Assembly: GCA_963794325.1 (NCBI GenBank)
Contig: CAWCDG010000002.1
Location: forward strand, 616,143-680,142
Reading direction: 5' to 3'
Length of the DNA stretch: 64,000 bases
From: an uncultured delta proteobacterium
GTDB taxonomy: Bacteria > Desulfobacterota > Binatia > Binatales > Binataceae
Within the stretch, counting starts at the first letter, position 1; each line of letters opens with the position of its first letter. Below, piece by piece: positions 27,901 to 37,407 of this stretch. The position numbers and the translations under genes are program-made. A model generated the notes under the pieces. The model was given only the letters and a program-made list of their open reading frames with translations, had not been told where the DNA came from and searched no databases.

Positions 27901-28174
27901 AGTCCTCGGGATCGAGACGCGCGGCGATTTCAGTGGAGCTGACGAGATCGCAGAAGAGCACCGTAAGATGGCGCCGTTCGCCGTCGGAGATAGCCGCATC
28001 CGGAGCGCGCCGGATGTCCACGCCGCCTATTGGCGAACCGCAATCGCTGCAAAATCGCGACGCCGCCGAATTTTCGAATCCGCACTTGACGCATCGCCGC
28101 TTGAACGGCGCGCCGCATTGCGCACAGAACTTGCCCTCGTCGGGATTATCCGACGCACATGACGGGCATTGCAT
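24926..28174 (-). CDS. Class III adenylate/guanylate cyclase with double zinc ribbon, AAA/STAND NTPase and TPR-like region
   Basis: Four CxxC at N-terminus, FCDLVSST, KYLGDG, GDAPNIAAR, GEPGIGKS, FKHALIQDAAY, FTEGFDT.DL. Confidence 0.95.
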   Translation of the reverse strand: MQCPSCASDNPDEGKFCAQCGAPFKRRCVKCGFENSAASRFCSDCGSPIGGVDIRRAPDAAISDGERRHLTVLFCDLVSSTEIAARLDPEDWRDIAAAYQRAAAEAATRFGGHVAKYLGDGLVVFFGFPEAHEDDAQRAVRAGLAIVDSVAALSASLAIAQQVKLAVRVGIDTGSVVVGHGGGMESDVFGDAPNIAARVQTLAEPDSVLFTAAVHALVSGLFVVEDRGAQPLKGIEHPVQLYRAIQAIATRRHRDDPAVHAMTAFVGRDDEMRLVLNRWDRARQGQGQLVLVTGEPGIGKSRLIDEFRARVKDEPHLWIDCAGEHIFRSTPFHAVTQILDQGLGWRGDESADERISQLERSLELAGMKLDEAVPLIAEMLNLPIPDKYPHLLFAPDQKRKRLLANLQTWVLNVARLQPMVIAIEDVHWADPSTLELLQTLAEQAATAPLMLLCAARPGFRAPWPPRAHHAQITLSRLNDGQTREMVIGVIARIGLPASVIDAVVKRSDGVPLFTEELTRLMLEADGRSISREIPATLHDSLTARLDRLGAAKEVAQVAAVIGREFSYELLRAVASMPEIDLQSALDKLADAEVIYTRGTAPDATYQFKHALIQDAAYEALLKSRRKQMHRSVAQTISEKFPAIAEAQPEVVARHWTEATEAKLAIAAWKKAQHAAYGRRAFKEAEEDYRNALAMLYTMPESPERDVSELELTTGLSNLLLTTSGFTAPATVEMVGRARVVAEKTGNLKLLVAQEILNWSGVLVSGDHPAAAALADRVLALAQREGSDDNLGRAQIAQVHVCYYRADLLGVREHFAELIPYLETIRSSGFPGTPNAEGFASVSEWALGYADRGREHAAHAIAFVQDGKNLHDIAFAHYFAAWFYRFLREPRLAEDAAMQALAMSEQLGFSYVSNLARCFLGWARAHLGHAGEGVSLIQQGLSDMLAAGSRAGVSEFLSVLAEAQALDGQIEEALGTLENALEANPEEIIFRPHILTCRGDLRFKLGQNELAEADFREAIALARTMSAKSFELRAATSLARLLTKQGKRDEARATLLEIYKWFTEGFDTPDLKGAKALLDESLA

Positions 28175-28276
28175 CAGCAGTTCCCCTGGCGGACCAACCC
28201 CGTCGCGCCTTGTTCACTCTGCGAAAGCTTTAGCTAATGCAATAATATTACGCGAACAGGCAAGCGCTTTGAATGC

Positions 28277-28996
28277 TTAGTGGCCAAGATAGCGGCCGAA
28301 GAACGCTGCGATACGCTTCCAACTGTCATCGGCGGCCTGCGGATTGTATTCGGCCTTCATTGGCCCAATTTTTCCTATCCACGGCAGCAACCCGCTGTTG
28401 CGGCTCATGAAGCTGTGGCCGGCATCCTCGTAAACTTTGACGTCGTGATCGACGCCCATCTCAGTGAGAAGGTTTTCGAGCCTGCGCCCCTGCGCCGCGA
28501 ACATCCGGTCCTGGCCGCCGTAGCCGCCGAGCACCGGGCACACGCCGCGTAACTGCTCGACGGTCTTGGGCACGTCGCCATAGAACGTCGCGGCGACGCC
28601 GAGCGGAGTGCGCGCCGCGTACATCAGCGCGAATCCACCACCCATGCAAAACCCGATCACGCCGATGCGCGCGGCGTCAACGCCCGGCTGCTGCTGGAGA
28701 AACTTGCGCGCCGCATCGAGGTCCTTGAACGCATCACCGTCGCCGCGATTCAGCGTCATCAGTGTGCGCGCTATGCAAATGAGCCGGGCACCGTCCCGAT
28801 CGTAAAGGTCAGGCGCGAGCGCCGCGTAACCAAGGTCAGCAACCATCCCGGTGATTCGGCGGATATCGTCGTTGAGCCCGAAGATCTCGTGAATAACGAT
28901 CACGCCCGGACGCTTCTGCGAATCAACCGGCGCAGCATACGCCGCCCGCATCGGACGCCCGTCGTGAGAAGGGAAGCTAATATCAGTGGTGGTCAT
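28277..28996 (-). CDS. Dienelactone hydrolase family protein
   Basis: HEIFGLN, GFCMGG, AGHSF. Confidence 0.93.
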   Translation of the reverse strand: MTTTDISFPSHDGRPMRAAYAAPVDSQKRPGVIVIHEIFGLNDDIRRITGMVADLGYAALAPDLYDRDGARLICIARTLMTLNRGDGDAFKDLDAARKFLQQQPGVDAARIGVIGFCMGGGFALMYAARTPLGVAATFYGDVPKTVEQLRGVCPVLGGYGGQDRMFAAQGRRLENLLTEMGVDHDVKVYEDAGHSFMSRNSGLLPWIGKIGPMKAEYNPQAADDSWKRIAAFFGRYLGH

Positions 28997-29109
28997 CGGA
29001 ACCCATCATCATACGGTTATCGATTCACAGCAACCTAACCCCTCTTTTCAGTATTAAGGCCGCGCTCCGTTGTCGCGCGCGGATCGAGGGAACGGGAACC
29101 GGACGCGGA

Positions 29110-29230
29110 GAAGTCCCGCATCCCGCGGCGGTGCCGATTCTCTTAATACTGGGGTGCAGGGGTCACCCCTGCCGAAGGAAGTTTGAAACCCACCGTGGGT
29201 TTCAAATTAAATCAAGTTTTCCTCTTCCCG
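29110..29230 (-). repeat. Family C repeat (inverted partner of 30128-30238)
   Basis: GAAGTCCCGCATC...ACTGGGGTGCAGGGGTCACCCCTGCCGAAGGAAGTTTGAAACCCACCGTGGGTTTCAAATTAAATCAAG. Confidence 0.85.
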
Positions 29231-30093
29231 CCTTTCTTCGGCGCGCGATTCTTCGAGCGCGGGTTTGATCCATAATCTCCGAATGGATCATCGCGCTCGC
29301 GGACTGCTTGCCGAAATCCCGCTGCTTGTGCGCGTGCAACGAAATCCAGGCCCTCCTGCGTGTGCCGCGCGATTCCGTCAAACAGCGAGCCGACCAGCCG
29401 CGACGTCGCCAGGCCCATGTTCTCGGCGGTGTGATTGCATAGCAGCTTAAGCATCTGGAGTTGATTCGTCGGCACCTGCGCCATCCGCTCGGCGAGCGAG
29501 GTCGCGCGCGCATCGAGTTCGGCGTCGGGCACCGCTTCGAGGATCAGTCCGATACGCGCGGCTTCGGGCGCGGGGATCTCATCGCCGGTAAGCAGGTAGC
29601 GCTTGGCGCGTTCCAGCCCCATCCGATAGACCCACATCGCGGTGGTCGGCGTGCCCCACACGCGCGACGGCGGATAGCCGAACGAGGCGGACTCGCCCGC
29701 GACAATCAAGTCGGCGCACAGCGCCATGTCGGTGCCGCCCCCGATGCACCATCCGTGGACGGCCGCGATAGTCGGTTTCTTCGCGTACCAGAGTTTCATG
29801 TACACGTTGACGTATTGCGAGATCATCCCGAAGTCGGCGACCGAGTCCCACACGCGCTTGCGCGCGGTCTCCCCGGCCTGCGCGCGAGTCGATCCCGCGA
29901 GTGCGTAGCCCGCGCAGAACGCGGGCCCCTCCGCGCGCAGCAGGATCACGTGGACGTCGTGGTCGGCGTCAGCGCGATCGATAGCGTCGGCAAGCTCGTC
30001 GCGCAGCTCGGGTGTGATCGTGTTGTACTCGGCGGCGCGCGTGAGCGTGATGATACCGACGCCGTTGCGTGTCTCCGTGCGGAGCGTCTTCAT
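29212..30093 (-). CDS. Crotonase/enoyl-CoA hydratase family protein
   Basis: AFCAGYAL, KPTIAAVHGWCIGGG, FGYPP.R. Confidence 0.9.
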   Translation of the reverse strand: MKTLRTETRNGVGIITLTRAAEYNTITPELRDELADAIDRADADHDVHVILLRAEGPAFCAGYALAGSTRAQAGETARKRVWDSVADFGMISQYVNVYMKLWYAKKPTIAAVHGWCIGGGTDMALCADLIVAGESASFGYPPSRVWGTPTTAMWVYRMGLERAKRYLLTGDEIPAPEAARIGLILEAVPDAELDARATSLAERMAQVPTNQLQMLKLLCNHTAENMGLATSRLVGSLFDGIARHTQEGLDFVARAQAAGFRQAVRERDDPFGDYGSNPRSKNRAPKKGGKRKT

Positions 30094-30127
30094 GGGACTC
30101 GCATATAGCAGAGGACGAAGCGAAACA

Positions 30128-30238
30128 GGGAAGGGGAGATCACTTGATCTAACGTGAAACCCACCGTGGGTTTCACACTTCCTTGGGCAGGGGTGACCCC
30201 TGCACCCAGTGATAAGAAAAAGATGCGGGACTTCGTCC
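30128..30238 (+). repeat. Family C repeat
   Basis: GTGAAACCCACCGTGGGTTTCACACTTCCTTGGGCAGGGGTGACCCCTGCACCCAGT...GATGCGGGACTTC. Confidence 0.85.
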
Positions 30239-30262
30239 CTGTTAGAACTTGCTCGGTAAGAG

Positions 30263-30958
30263 TCAGGCGGCCTTCGATTTCTTCTGTACTGGCGGTGTCG
30301 TATTGCTCATCCGGCGCGACACTTCCTCGTCGCTCATCGCCCAGATGCGATCATCCGGCGGATAATCCATCAGCGGCTTCGACGGATCGGGCTTCGGCTG
30401 CGCGACCGTCCCGCCTTTCGATTCGAACTGCGAGGGATGCTTGTACTTCTCGACTTCCTCGGCGCTGATTCCGGCCAGCGCCTGCACTTCAGGATCGATC
30501 CACGACTCGGCGTCGATCGAGCCGCCGTCGGAGGTCGAAAATTCGAGCATGATTCCTTCCGGCGCCGCCAGGTAGATCGATTTGCAGAAACCATGATCGA
30601 GCGGGCCCATCACCCAATGCCCATGCGATCGGACGCGGTCGCGAATCGCCATCAGGTCGGCGGTGCTGTCGACGTTGAGCGCCAGATGCTGCATCGCGCC
30701 GGGCGCGACGTTCTGCGTGGTGTGCCCGGCGTGCGAGACGCCCTTGATCGGCTTGATCGTCGCGACCTCGGGATGCTGCACGAAGGCGATCGACGAGCTG
30801 TCGCTCAGCTTCATAAAGCCGTGGAAGGTGTTGTCGACACCATGCATCCAGTAGAGCGCGACCAACTCCATCCCGACGACCTCGGAGAAGTACTCGATCT
30901 GTTTCTTGATGTCCTTGGTGCAGATAGCGAGGTGATGGACTCCGTTGGGCAAACCCAT
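30263..30958 (-). CDS. VOC/glyoxalase family protein
   Basis: GVHHLA, MQHLAL, SIY..PEGIMLEF; GGAGG RBS before ATG 30958. Confidence 0.88.
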   Translation of the reverse strand: MGLPNGVHHLAICTKDIKKQIEYFSEVVGMELVALYWMHGVDNTFHGFMKLSDSSSIAFVQHPEVATIKPIKGVSHAGHTTQNVAPGAMQHLALNVDSTADLMAIRDRVRSHGHWVMGPLDHGFCKSIYLAAPEGIMLEFSTSDGGSIDAESWIDPEVQALAGISAEEVEKYKHPSQFESKGGTVAQPKPDPSKPLMDYPPDDRIWAMSDEEVSRRMSNTTPPVQKKSKAA

Positions 30959-31023
30959 AATTCCGACCTCCGTGGTGACTGATTCTGTTTTGCCACAATG
31001 AGCGAAGGAAGGGAACTCTGTGA

Positions 31024-31086
31024 TAGTGGGGCGGGCCGCCGTGCCCGCCATCGACGCGCGGACGTCCGCGTCCGCGCTTACCAATG
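31024..31086. repeat. Family D REP-like repeat
   Basis: TAGTGGGGCGGGCCGCCGTGCCCGCCATCGACGCGCG; also at 55276-55400. Confidence 0.8.
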
Positions 31087-31094
31087 CACCCTCC

Positions 31095-31206
31095 GTCATC
31101 CTGAGCGCAGCGAAGGATCTCGCGCGTTAGCGCGTCTGCCCGCAGGCGCCGAACGTAAGAACGTCCGTCGAGATTCTTCACTGCGGCAGCCTTCGTTCAG
31201 AATGAC
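31095..31206. repeat. Family B MITE/REPIN-like element
   Basis: GTCATCCTGAGCGCAGCGAAGGATCTC...GAGATTCTTC...CGTTCAGAATGAC; reverse orientation of 38750-38858. Confidence 0.85.
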
Positions 31207-31229
31207 GGAAAAAAGAAAGATGCGCTTCG

Positions 31230-32129
31230 CTAGCCAATAATCTTATTCAGCGGAAACTCCACGATTCCCACCGCGCCCGCTTCGAGCAGCTTCGGGAACA
31301 ACTCGCGCACTGTCTGCTCCGCGATCACAGTCTCGACCGCCAGCCACTCGACGCCCTTGAGCGCGGCACTCGGGTATAGGTGCGAAATCGTCGGCGCGGT
31401 GATCGACGGCAGCAACGCAATCACTTTTTCCAGATTTTCCTTCGCCACGTTCATCTTGATGCCGACGCGATTCTCGGCGTCGAGCGCGCCGCGAATCAGG
31501 ATACCGAGTTGGCGAATCTTGGCCTGCTTCCACGGGTCGTTCCACGATGTGGGGTTGGCGACCAGCACTGGATTCGAGACGAGCAACTCCTCTACGATGC
31601 GCAGTCCGTTGGCGCGTAGCGACGATCCGGTCTCGGTTACGTCGATTGCCGCGTCGATAATCCCTTCGGCGACCTTGGCCTCGGTCGCGCCCCACGAAAA
31701 TTCAACCTCTGCTTTAACTTTGCGCTCGGCGAGGATTCGCTTGACGAACTGCACCAGCTCGGTCGCGATTCGCTTGCCCTGCAAATCTTCGAGCCGCTGG
31801 ACCGGCGAGTCGTTGCGCACGCACAGCACCCATCGCGAGGGCGTCAGCGTCGCCTTCGCATAGATGAAGCTCTCGACCTGATGCAGCTTCACGTTGTTCT
31901 CGACGATCCAGTCGCTGCCTGTGATACCCGCGTCGAGCGATCCGTCGGCGATATACCGCGGCATCTCCTGCGGCCTCAGGATGCGGCAGCTTAGCGTCGG
32001 GTCGTCGATGGTCGGGATGTACGAGCGCGATCCAACTGTGATCCGCCAGCCGGACTTGCGCATCAGCTCGAGCGTTTGATCCTCGAGGCTTCCCTTCGGG
32101 ATGCCGAATTTCAAAACCTGGTCAGCCAT
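31230..32129 (-). CDS. hisG: ATP phosphoribosyltransferase (long form)
   Basis: GIPKGSL, RPQEMP, DAGITG.DW, SWGATE, DVTETGSSLRANGL, C-terminal regulatory domain. Confidence 0.96.
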   Translation of the reverse strand: MADQVLKFGIPKGSLEDQTLELMRKSGWRITVGSRSYIPTIDDPTLSCRILRPQEMPRYIADGSLDAGITGSDWIVENNVKLHQVESFIYAKATLTPSRWVLCVRNDSPVQRLEDLQGKRIATELVQFVKRILAERKVKAEVEFSWGATEAKVAEGIIDAAIDVTETGSSLRANGLRIVEELLVSNPVLVANPTSWNDPWKQAKIRQLGILIRGALDAENRVGIKMNVAKENLEKVIALLPSITAPTISHLYPSAALKGVEWLAVETVIAEQTVRELFPKLLEAGAVGIVEFPLNKIIG

Positions 32130-32134
32130 ATCGA

Positions 32135-32575
32135 TCAGCCGGCCGACTTCTTCTGATGCCCGTAGTTGGGGCCGTACTTGGTGGGATCGACTTTGCGCTG
32201 ATCGACGACCTTCCACGCGCCATCGTCGAGTTTGCGGAAAAAGCACGACTCGTAGCCCTCGTGGCATGCAGCCGCGTCGCCGCGCTGCTCGACCGCGATC
32301 ACGATAGCGTCGGCGTCGCAGTCGATGCGAATCTCGTGCACGACTTGAAAATTTCCCGACTCCTCGCCCTTGCGCCACAGCTTGTTGCGCGATCGTGAGA
32401 AGTAGCACGCGCGCCCGGTCGCAACCGTCTCGTCGAAGGCCTCGCGATTCATATAGGCAACCATCAGCACCCGATGGCTCAAATGATCGACCGCGATCGC
32501 GGCGACCACGCCGCCATTCTTGTCGAAATCAATTGCCGCCGATGCTGAATTGGTTTTCTGTGCCTGTGTCGCCAT
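32135..32575 (-). CDS. hisI: Phosphoribosyl-AMP cyclohydrolase
   Basis: FSRSR..LW.KGEESG, DCDAD, ACHEG..SCF. Confidence 0.96.
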   Translation of the reverse strand: MATQAQKTNSASAAIDFDKNGGVVAAIAVDHLSHRVLMVAYMNREAFDETVATGRACYFSRSRNKLWRKGEESGNFQVVHEIRIDCDADAIVIAVEQRGDAAACHEGYESCFFRKLDDGAWKVVDQRKVDPTKYGPNYGHQKKSAG

Positions 32576-32765
32576 TACTGTCACCGCGCAAAAAATGCCT
32601 TTGTGAATCAAGAAGTATCGGCGAATCTCCTGTCCGATTCAATGCGGCTTCGTCTTTACGACTTGCCCTGAATTGCCAGACGGTTTTTAATTAGAGACAA
32701 GACGTGTAGATTACGGAGCGATGTTAGACAACCGACCACGTTCCTTTGTTCGTTCGTCCTCAGCG

Positions 32766-33632
32766 ATGTATCCGCGCGCTTCATCCACAGTTTCGAAACT
32801 CCTGTACGTCGCCGCCCTCGTGTTGGCGACGGCGCTTGCCGCTTGCCACATTCCTGGAAAATCTATCGCGTCGAATTATAAAAACGTCGATCAGTTCAAC
32901 TTCGATGTCGCCCAAGGGCCCAAGAATTATCACATAGAAGGATACCTGACGCGCAGCGCCGAGCTGGGCAAGCGGCCCGGACTGCTGGTCCTCAATGGCG
33001 GCGAGGGCAACGTCGATCGATGCGTCCAGATGAGCCAGGGAATCGCCGCGATGGGTATCCAGGTCGCCTGCGTGAGTATTCCCGGCTACGGCAATTCGTC
33101 GGGACCCAGCCGCTTCGTTGGACAGCCGTCGGTGCTGGCCTCGCGCAAGGCATTGGACATGCTCGCAGGGCGTACCGACGTCGATTCGTCGCGGCTCGCA
33201 GTCTGGGGACTCGGGCACGGCGCACTCGCCGCGGGATTGCTGATGGACTACGACTCGCGTCCGCGCGCACTCATCCTCGAATCCGGATGCTACGATCCGC
33301 TGACGCTGTGGCCTGAAGCGCCGCTGCGCACCAAGCTGTCGATCCTGCGCGAAGTATGGCCGAGCAAGCGCATCCTGAAAGAGCGCAGCGTGATTGCGCA
33401 TCTGCCGCCGAGGCTCGATGTCAGCGTGCTAATCATGCACGGCGAGCAGGACAATCGGATGCCTGTCGGACAGGCGGTGAAGCTCGCCGGCGCATTGCGC
33501 GCTCACGGCGCGAAAGTCGAAACCCTGTACTTCCCGGCGGCGTCGCACGATCTCGGCAAACGCGTCGAGCCCGAACTGCGTGCATTCCTGCGCGACAATC
33601 TGCTCGGCACAACCAGCGCCGCCGCCTCGTAG
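32766..33632 (+). CDS. Alpha/beta hydrolase (S9-like) lipoprotein lacking the nucleophile Ser
   Basis: Lipobox LAA|C; PGYGNS; WGLGHG in place of GxSxG; HGEQD and ASH retained. Confidence 0.75.
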   Translation: MYPRASSTVSKLLYVAALVLATALAACHIPGKSIASNYKNVDQFNFDVAQGPKNYHIEGYLTRSAELGKRPGLLVLNGGEGNVDRCVQMSQGIAAMGIQVACVSIPGYGNSSGPSRFVGQPSVLASRKALDMLAGRTDVDSSRLAVWGLGHGALAAGLLMDYDSRPRALILESGCYDPLTLWPEAPLRTKLSILREVWPSKRILKERSVIAHLPPRLDVSVLIMHGEQDNRMPVGQAVKLAGALRAHGAKVETLYFPAASHDLGKRVEPELRAFLRDNLLGTTSAAAS

Positions 33633-33639
33633 AAAGCAC

Positions 33640-33717
33640 GGGAAAATTCACTTTATTAAATGTGAAACCCGCGGTGGTTTCACACTTCCTTCGGCAGGGG
33701 TGACCCCTGCACCCAGT
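33640..33717 (+). repeat. Family C repeat
   Basis: GTGAAACCCGCGGTGGTTTCACACTTCCTTCGGCAGGGGTGACCCCTGCACCCAGT. Confidence 0.85.
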
Positions 33718-33795
33718 GAAAAGTGAAATCGCAAAACGGCGAGGACGCCATTTTGCTCTAAAGTTCGTTTGGGGGAGGGCGGCGCCTCTGCCTCT

Positions 33796-33908
33796 GTTCC
33801 CCCTTTCCGCATCGGAAAGGGGGTGAGGGGGATAGGACGACGCGATCCGACGAAACCCTTCCGGTTCCCCTTCCCACTATGGGAAGGGGTTAGGGGTTAG
33901 GTCGCCGG
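33796..33908. repeat. Two family A-like hairpins
   Basis: CCCCTTTCCGCATCGGAAAGGGG and CCGGTTCCCCTTCCCACTATGGGAAGGGGTTAGGGGTTAGG. Confidence 0.8.
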
Positions 33909-33934
33909 CATCGACCACCACTCCCGTTGCCGAG

Positions 33935-34474
33935 CTACGCGATCTCCTTCAGCGCCTCGATCACTTCCTCGGTGTGGCCGTTCACCTTGACCTTCGGGAA
34001 CACCCGCCGCACGACGCCCGCTTTGTCGATGATGAACGTGGTGCGCTCGATACCCATGAACTCGCGGCCGTAGAGCGATTTCATTTTGTACACGCCGTAC
34101 AGCTTGCAGACCTTGTTGCCGGGATCCGCGAGCAGCGGGAAGTTGAGATCGTGCTTGGCGATGAACTTGCCGTGAGAGTCGGTCGAGTCGCCGCTGATGC
34201 CGACGACCTTCGCGCCGATCTTTTTGATCGGCGCAAGGTTGTCGCGGAAGCTGCACGCCTCGATCGTGCATCCCGGCGTCATGTCCTTGGGATAGAAGTA
34301 GAGCACGAGGTTGTTCGCGCCGATGAGCTGCTTCAGCGCGACCGATTTCCCGTCAGCATCGAACAGCTCGAAGGCCGGCGCTGTTTTTCCTTCGAGCGCA
34401 GCGCTGGCGCTCTTCGCCGTCGCGGTTACGGGCTTCTTCATGATTTTGGGGCCAAGCTTTTTGGATGTCGGCAT
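33935..34474 (-). CDS. bcp: Peroxiredoxin Bcp/PrxQ
   Basis: YFYPKDMTPGCTIEACSFRD, ERTTFIID. Confidence 0.93.
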   Translation of the reverse strand: MPTSKKLGPKIMKKPVTATAKSASAALEGKTAPAFELFDADGKSVALKQLIGANNLVLYFYPKDMTPGCTIEACSFRDNLAPIKKIGAKVVGISGDSTDSHGKFIAKHDLNFPLLADPGNKVCKLYGVYKMKSLYGREFMGIERTTFIIDKAGVVRRVFPKVKVNGHTEEVIEALKEIA

Positions 34475-34662
34475 GAACGTGATTTAATCGCGCCCGCTGG
34501 TTGTCGCAACCCGGACACTCTGCCGCGGCGCACTCAAGGTATTCTGAAAATCACGAAACCCCCATTTTATAAGGGTTTCGTGGCCCCTAGTTGACGAGGT
34601 GGCAGCCACCCCTTAGACTTGGCGGGCTGACAGTCCTCAATTTGAATCGCCCCCGCGTCCCT

Positions 34663-35697
34663 ATGGCCGTTTACACCGAGCTAAGCAAACCGTTTCTCAA
34701 AGAGTTGGCGGACGACTACGGTCTCGGCCGCGTGACCAGCGCGACTGGAATCCCCGAGGGCTCGGTTAACTCCAACTACGTGCTCGAAGCGGCCAAGGGC
34801 AAGTTCCTGCTGCGGATCGACGAGGTCAAAGGCGAGAACGAGCTGAAGCGCGAAATCGATTTGCTGTCGTTCCTGCGCAAGCACGCGTTCCCATGCCCGC
34901 ATCCGATGCAGGATCGGACGGGCCGCTTCTATCGCAATTTCAATAATCGCTGTGTCTCGTTGTTCAAGTACCAGGAAGGCAAGGTGCTCGCGCCTGCGCG
35001 GATGAAGCCGAGCCAGCTCGAGACGATCGGCCACGCGCTTGGCGACCTGCACGTGATTGGCAAGGCTTACAAAAAGGGAATCGACAACCGTTTTAGCTTC
35101 GAGCGAATCGCCGACCTCTATCTGACGGTGCGCAACCGGCTGCCGAACTACTTCCGCAAAATCTGCCGCACGCTCGACGACGAGGTCGAGTACCTGACGC
35201 GCTACCTCGAGGGCAAGCTGCCCAAGGGCGTAATCCACGGCGATATCTTTTCGGACAATCTGCTGTTTCGCGGCGAGAAGTTGACCGCGATGCTTGATTT
35301 CGACGCGGCGTGCCGCGGCAAATTTATTTTCGATATCGCGACTGCGGTCAACGCGCTGTGCTTCGTCGATGGCAGCTACTCGCTCGACCGGTTCCGCTAC
35401 CTGCTGTCGGGCTACGAATCGGTGCGGACGCTGTCGCTCGCCGAATGGGACGCGTTTCCCAACGAGCTGCGATTTTCGTCGCTGCGCTTCACCGTGACCC
35501 GGCTGCATGATTTCTTTCTGACCCCGATCGACGGCAAGAATCGCGTGGACAAGGACTTCCGCGAGTTCTTCGATCGCCTGCGCGTGCTGCGCCGCGAGCG
35601 TGAGGGCGGGATGGAACCGCTGCTGATGGCGATGGCGACCGGATACGACTACCGCAAATATCAGAAGGTCAAAGCGACCGAACGCCGCCAGGCTTGA
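34663..35697 (+). CDS. thrB: Homoserine kinase type II
   Basis: MAVYT, GI.EG..NSNY, LP.GVIHGD.F.DN, LDFD. Confidence 0.9.
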   Translation: MAVYTELSKPFLKELADDYGLGRVTSATGIPEGSVNSNYVLEAAKGKFLLRIDEVKGENELKREIDLLSFLRKHAFPCPHPMQDRTGRFYRNFNNRCVSLFKYQEGKVLAPARMKPSQLETIGHALGDLHVIGKAYKKGIDNRFSFERIADLYLTVRNRLPNYFRKICRTLDDEVEYLTRYLEGKLPKGVIHGDIFSDNLLFRGEKLTAMLDFDAACRGKFIFDIATAVNALCFVDGSYSLDRFRYLLSGYESVRTLSLAEWDAFPNELRFSSLRFTVTRLHDFFLTPIDGKNRVDKDFREFFDRLRVLRREREGGMEPLLMAMATGYDYRKYQKVKATERRQA

Positions 35698-35735
35698 CGC
35701 CGGCATCCTGACCTTCGCGTCCGCGGAGAAATCCG

Positions 35736-36638
35736 TTGCCCTCAATCCTCGACAGCCTGAACGCATCGACGCCCGCGCTATGGCTCGAGGTTTCTCCGCC
35801 GCGCGGAATCAATCCGGCGCCGCTGCTCAAACGCCTCGGCGAGCTGGCCGGGCACGTTGATGCGATCAACCTGACCGACAACGCACTTGGAAAAGTGAAA
35901 ATGTCGGGGCTGGTTTTCGGCGCCGCTATCAAGGATCGCTTAAAAATTCCGGTCGTGCTGAACGTCTCGTGTCGCGATCGCAACCGCTTCGCGCTCAAAT
36001 CGGATCTGCTGGGCGCTGCCGCGATTGGAATCGACGCAGTGGTCGCGCTGAACGGCGACAAGATTCCGCCGGGGGCCGATGGCGCCGCGATCGTCTCGCA
36101 CGATATCGACGCGTACGGACTGCTCGCGATTGTCGGCGCATTGAATCGGGGCGATACCGGCGAGGGCAAGGCGCTGTTGAAGGCGATCCCGTCGATCGTC
36201 GCGGGATCGGTCGCGAATCCAAATCGAAAAAATATCGACCGCGAATTCGAATTGCTCGAACGCAAGGCCGCGGCCGGTGCGAAGTTCGTGATCACCCAGC
36301 CGGTGTTTGATGCGGAGACTGGACGCCGCTTCGTCGCGAAGGCGAACAGCCTCGGAATCAGGACGATGCTCGGAATTCTGCCGGTCAAGCGCGAGGCGAT
36401 GGCGAATTACCTGATCGACCGCGTCAAGGACCTCAGCGGCGCCCGGAGCCATCTGGACAGATTCGCCGGGATGAGCGAAGAAGAGGTGCGCGCGATGTCG
36501 ATCCGCGAGAACCTGGCGCTGATGAAGTCGTTGGCTCGCGACGCCAGTGGGTTCATCATCATGAGCGGTGGCGGCCCGTCGCTCGCAATCGAGCTGGCGC
36601 TTCAGTTCAGCCGCTGGCGCAAGGAGATCGGTAAATGA
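35736..36638 (+). CDS. metF: Methylenetetrahydrofolate reductase family protein
   Basis: EVSPPRG, NLTDN, CRDRN, GD, ITQP. Confidence 0.85.
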   Translation: MPSILDSLNASTPALWLEVSPPRGINPAPLLKRLGELAGHVDAINLTDNALGKVKMSGLVFGAAIKDRLKIPVVLNVSCRDRNRFALKSDLLGAAAIGIDAVVALNGDKIPPGADGAAIVSHDIDAYGLLAIVGALNRGDTGEGKALLKAIPSIVAGSVANPNRKNIDREFELLERKAAAGAKFVITQPVFDAETGRRFVAKANSLGIRTMLGILPVKREAMANYLIDRVKDLSGARSHLDRFAGMSEEEVRAMSIRENLALMKSLARDASGFIIMSGGGPSLAIELALQFSRWRKEIGK

Positions 36639-37264
36639 ACCGTACCCATGCAAATGGTTCACGATCGAAAGTCGGCGCCGACAAGAACGGCGCGACGGGT
36701 ACCGCCAAGGTCGAAGACGCGGTCCGCGTCATCCTGCGGCATATCGGCGAAGATCCGGATCGCGAAGGCCTCGAGCGCACGCCTGCCCGCGTCGCCAGGG
36801 CTTACGAGTTTCTGACCAGCGGCTACGCCAAGGATCCGAAGGAAGCGATCAACGGCGCGCTGTTCTCCGAGGAAGACTACCAGGAGATGATCCTGTGCAA
36901 GGATTTGGATTTCTACTCCTTGTGCGAGCATCACCTGCTGCCGTTTATGGGCAAGGCGCACGTCGCGTATCTGCCCAATCGCAAGATCGTCGGAATCTCG
37001 AAGCTGGCGCGGATGGTCGAGATCTACGCACGGCGCCTGCAAGTGCAGGAACGGCTGACCACGCAAATCGCGCAGACTCTAATGTCGGAGATCGATCCGC
37101 TCGGCGTCGCCGTGGTCCTCGAGGCCGAGCATCTATGCATGCGGATGCGCGGAGTCGAGAAGCAGAACTCCTACGTCACGACGTCCGCGATGCTGGGCGT
37201 GTTCCGCACCAACACCGAAACGCGCCAGGAGTTCATGCAACTACTGCGCAACGGCAAGCCGTAA
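36635..37264 (+). CDS. folE: GTP cyclohydrolase I
   Basis: [41 protein letters not shown]. Confidence 0.97.
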   Translation: MNRTHANGSRSKVGADKNGATGTAKVEDAVRVILRHIGEDPDREGLERTPARVARAYEFLTSGYAKDPKEAINGALFSEEDYQEMILCKDLDFYSLCEHHLLPFMGKAHVAYLPNRKIVGISKLARMVEIYARRLQVQERLTTQIAQTLMSEIDPLGVAVVLEAEHLCMRMRGVEKQNSYVTTSAMLGVFRTNTETRQEFMQLLRNGKP

Positions 37265-37330
37265 ATGCGTCGCGAGTTTCGCTTTTTTTCGAGGGAACAG
37301 GGCTGATTTGCTGTACTTTTTAGGCGAAAA

Positions 37331-37346
37331 TGTTTCACGTGAAACG
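37331..37346. promoter_or_regulatory. parS: parS chromosome partition site
   Basis: TGTTTCACGTGAAACG, one mismatch to the consensus TGTTTCACGTGAAACA; intergenic. Confidence 0.8.
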
Positions 37347-37407
37347 TTTTTGGCAGTTTAGTTCAGGAGAACGAAACGCGAATCTGGTGGAGTGCGGTAT
37401 CGAGCAC

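Noticed and set aside
24926-28174. STAND NTPase-cyclase as an anti-phage (Avs-like) system
   Set aside because: Common cyclase-AAA-TPR signalling architecture with no effector partner nearby.
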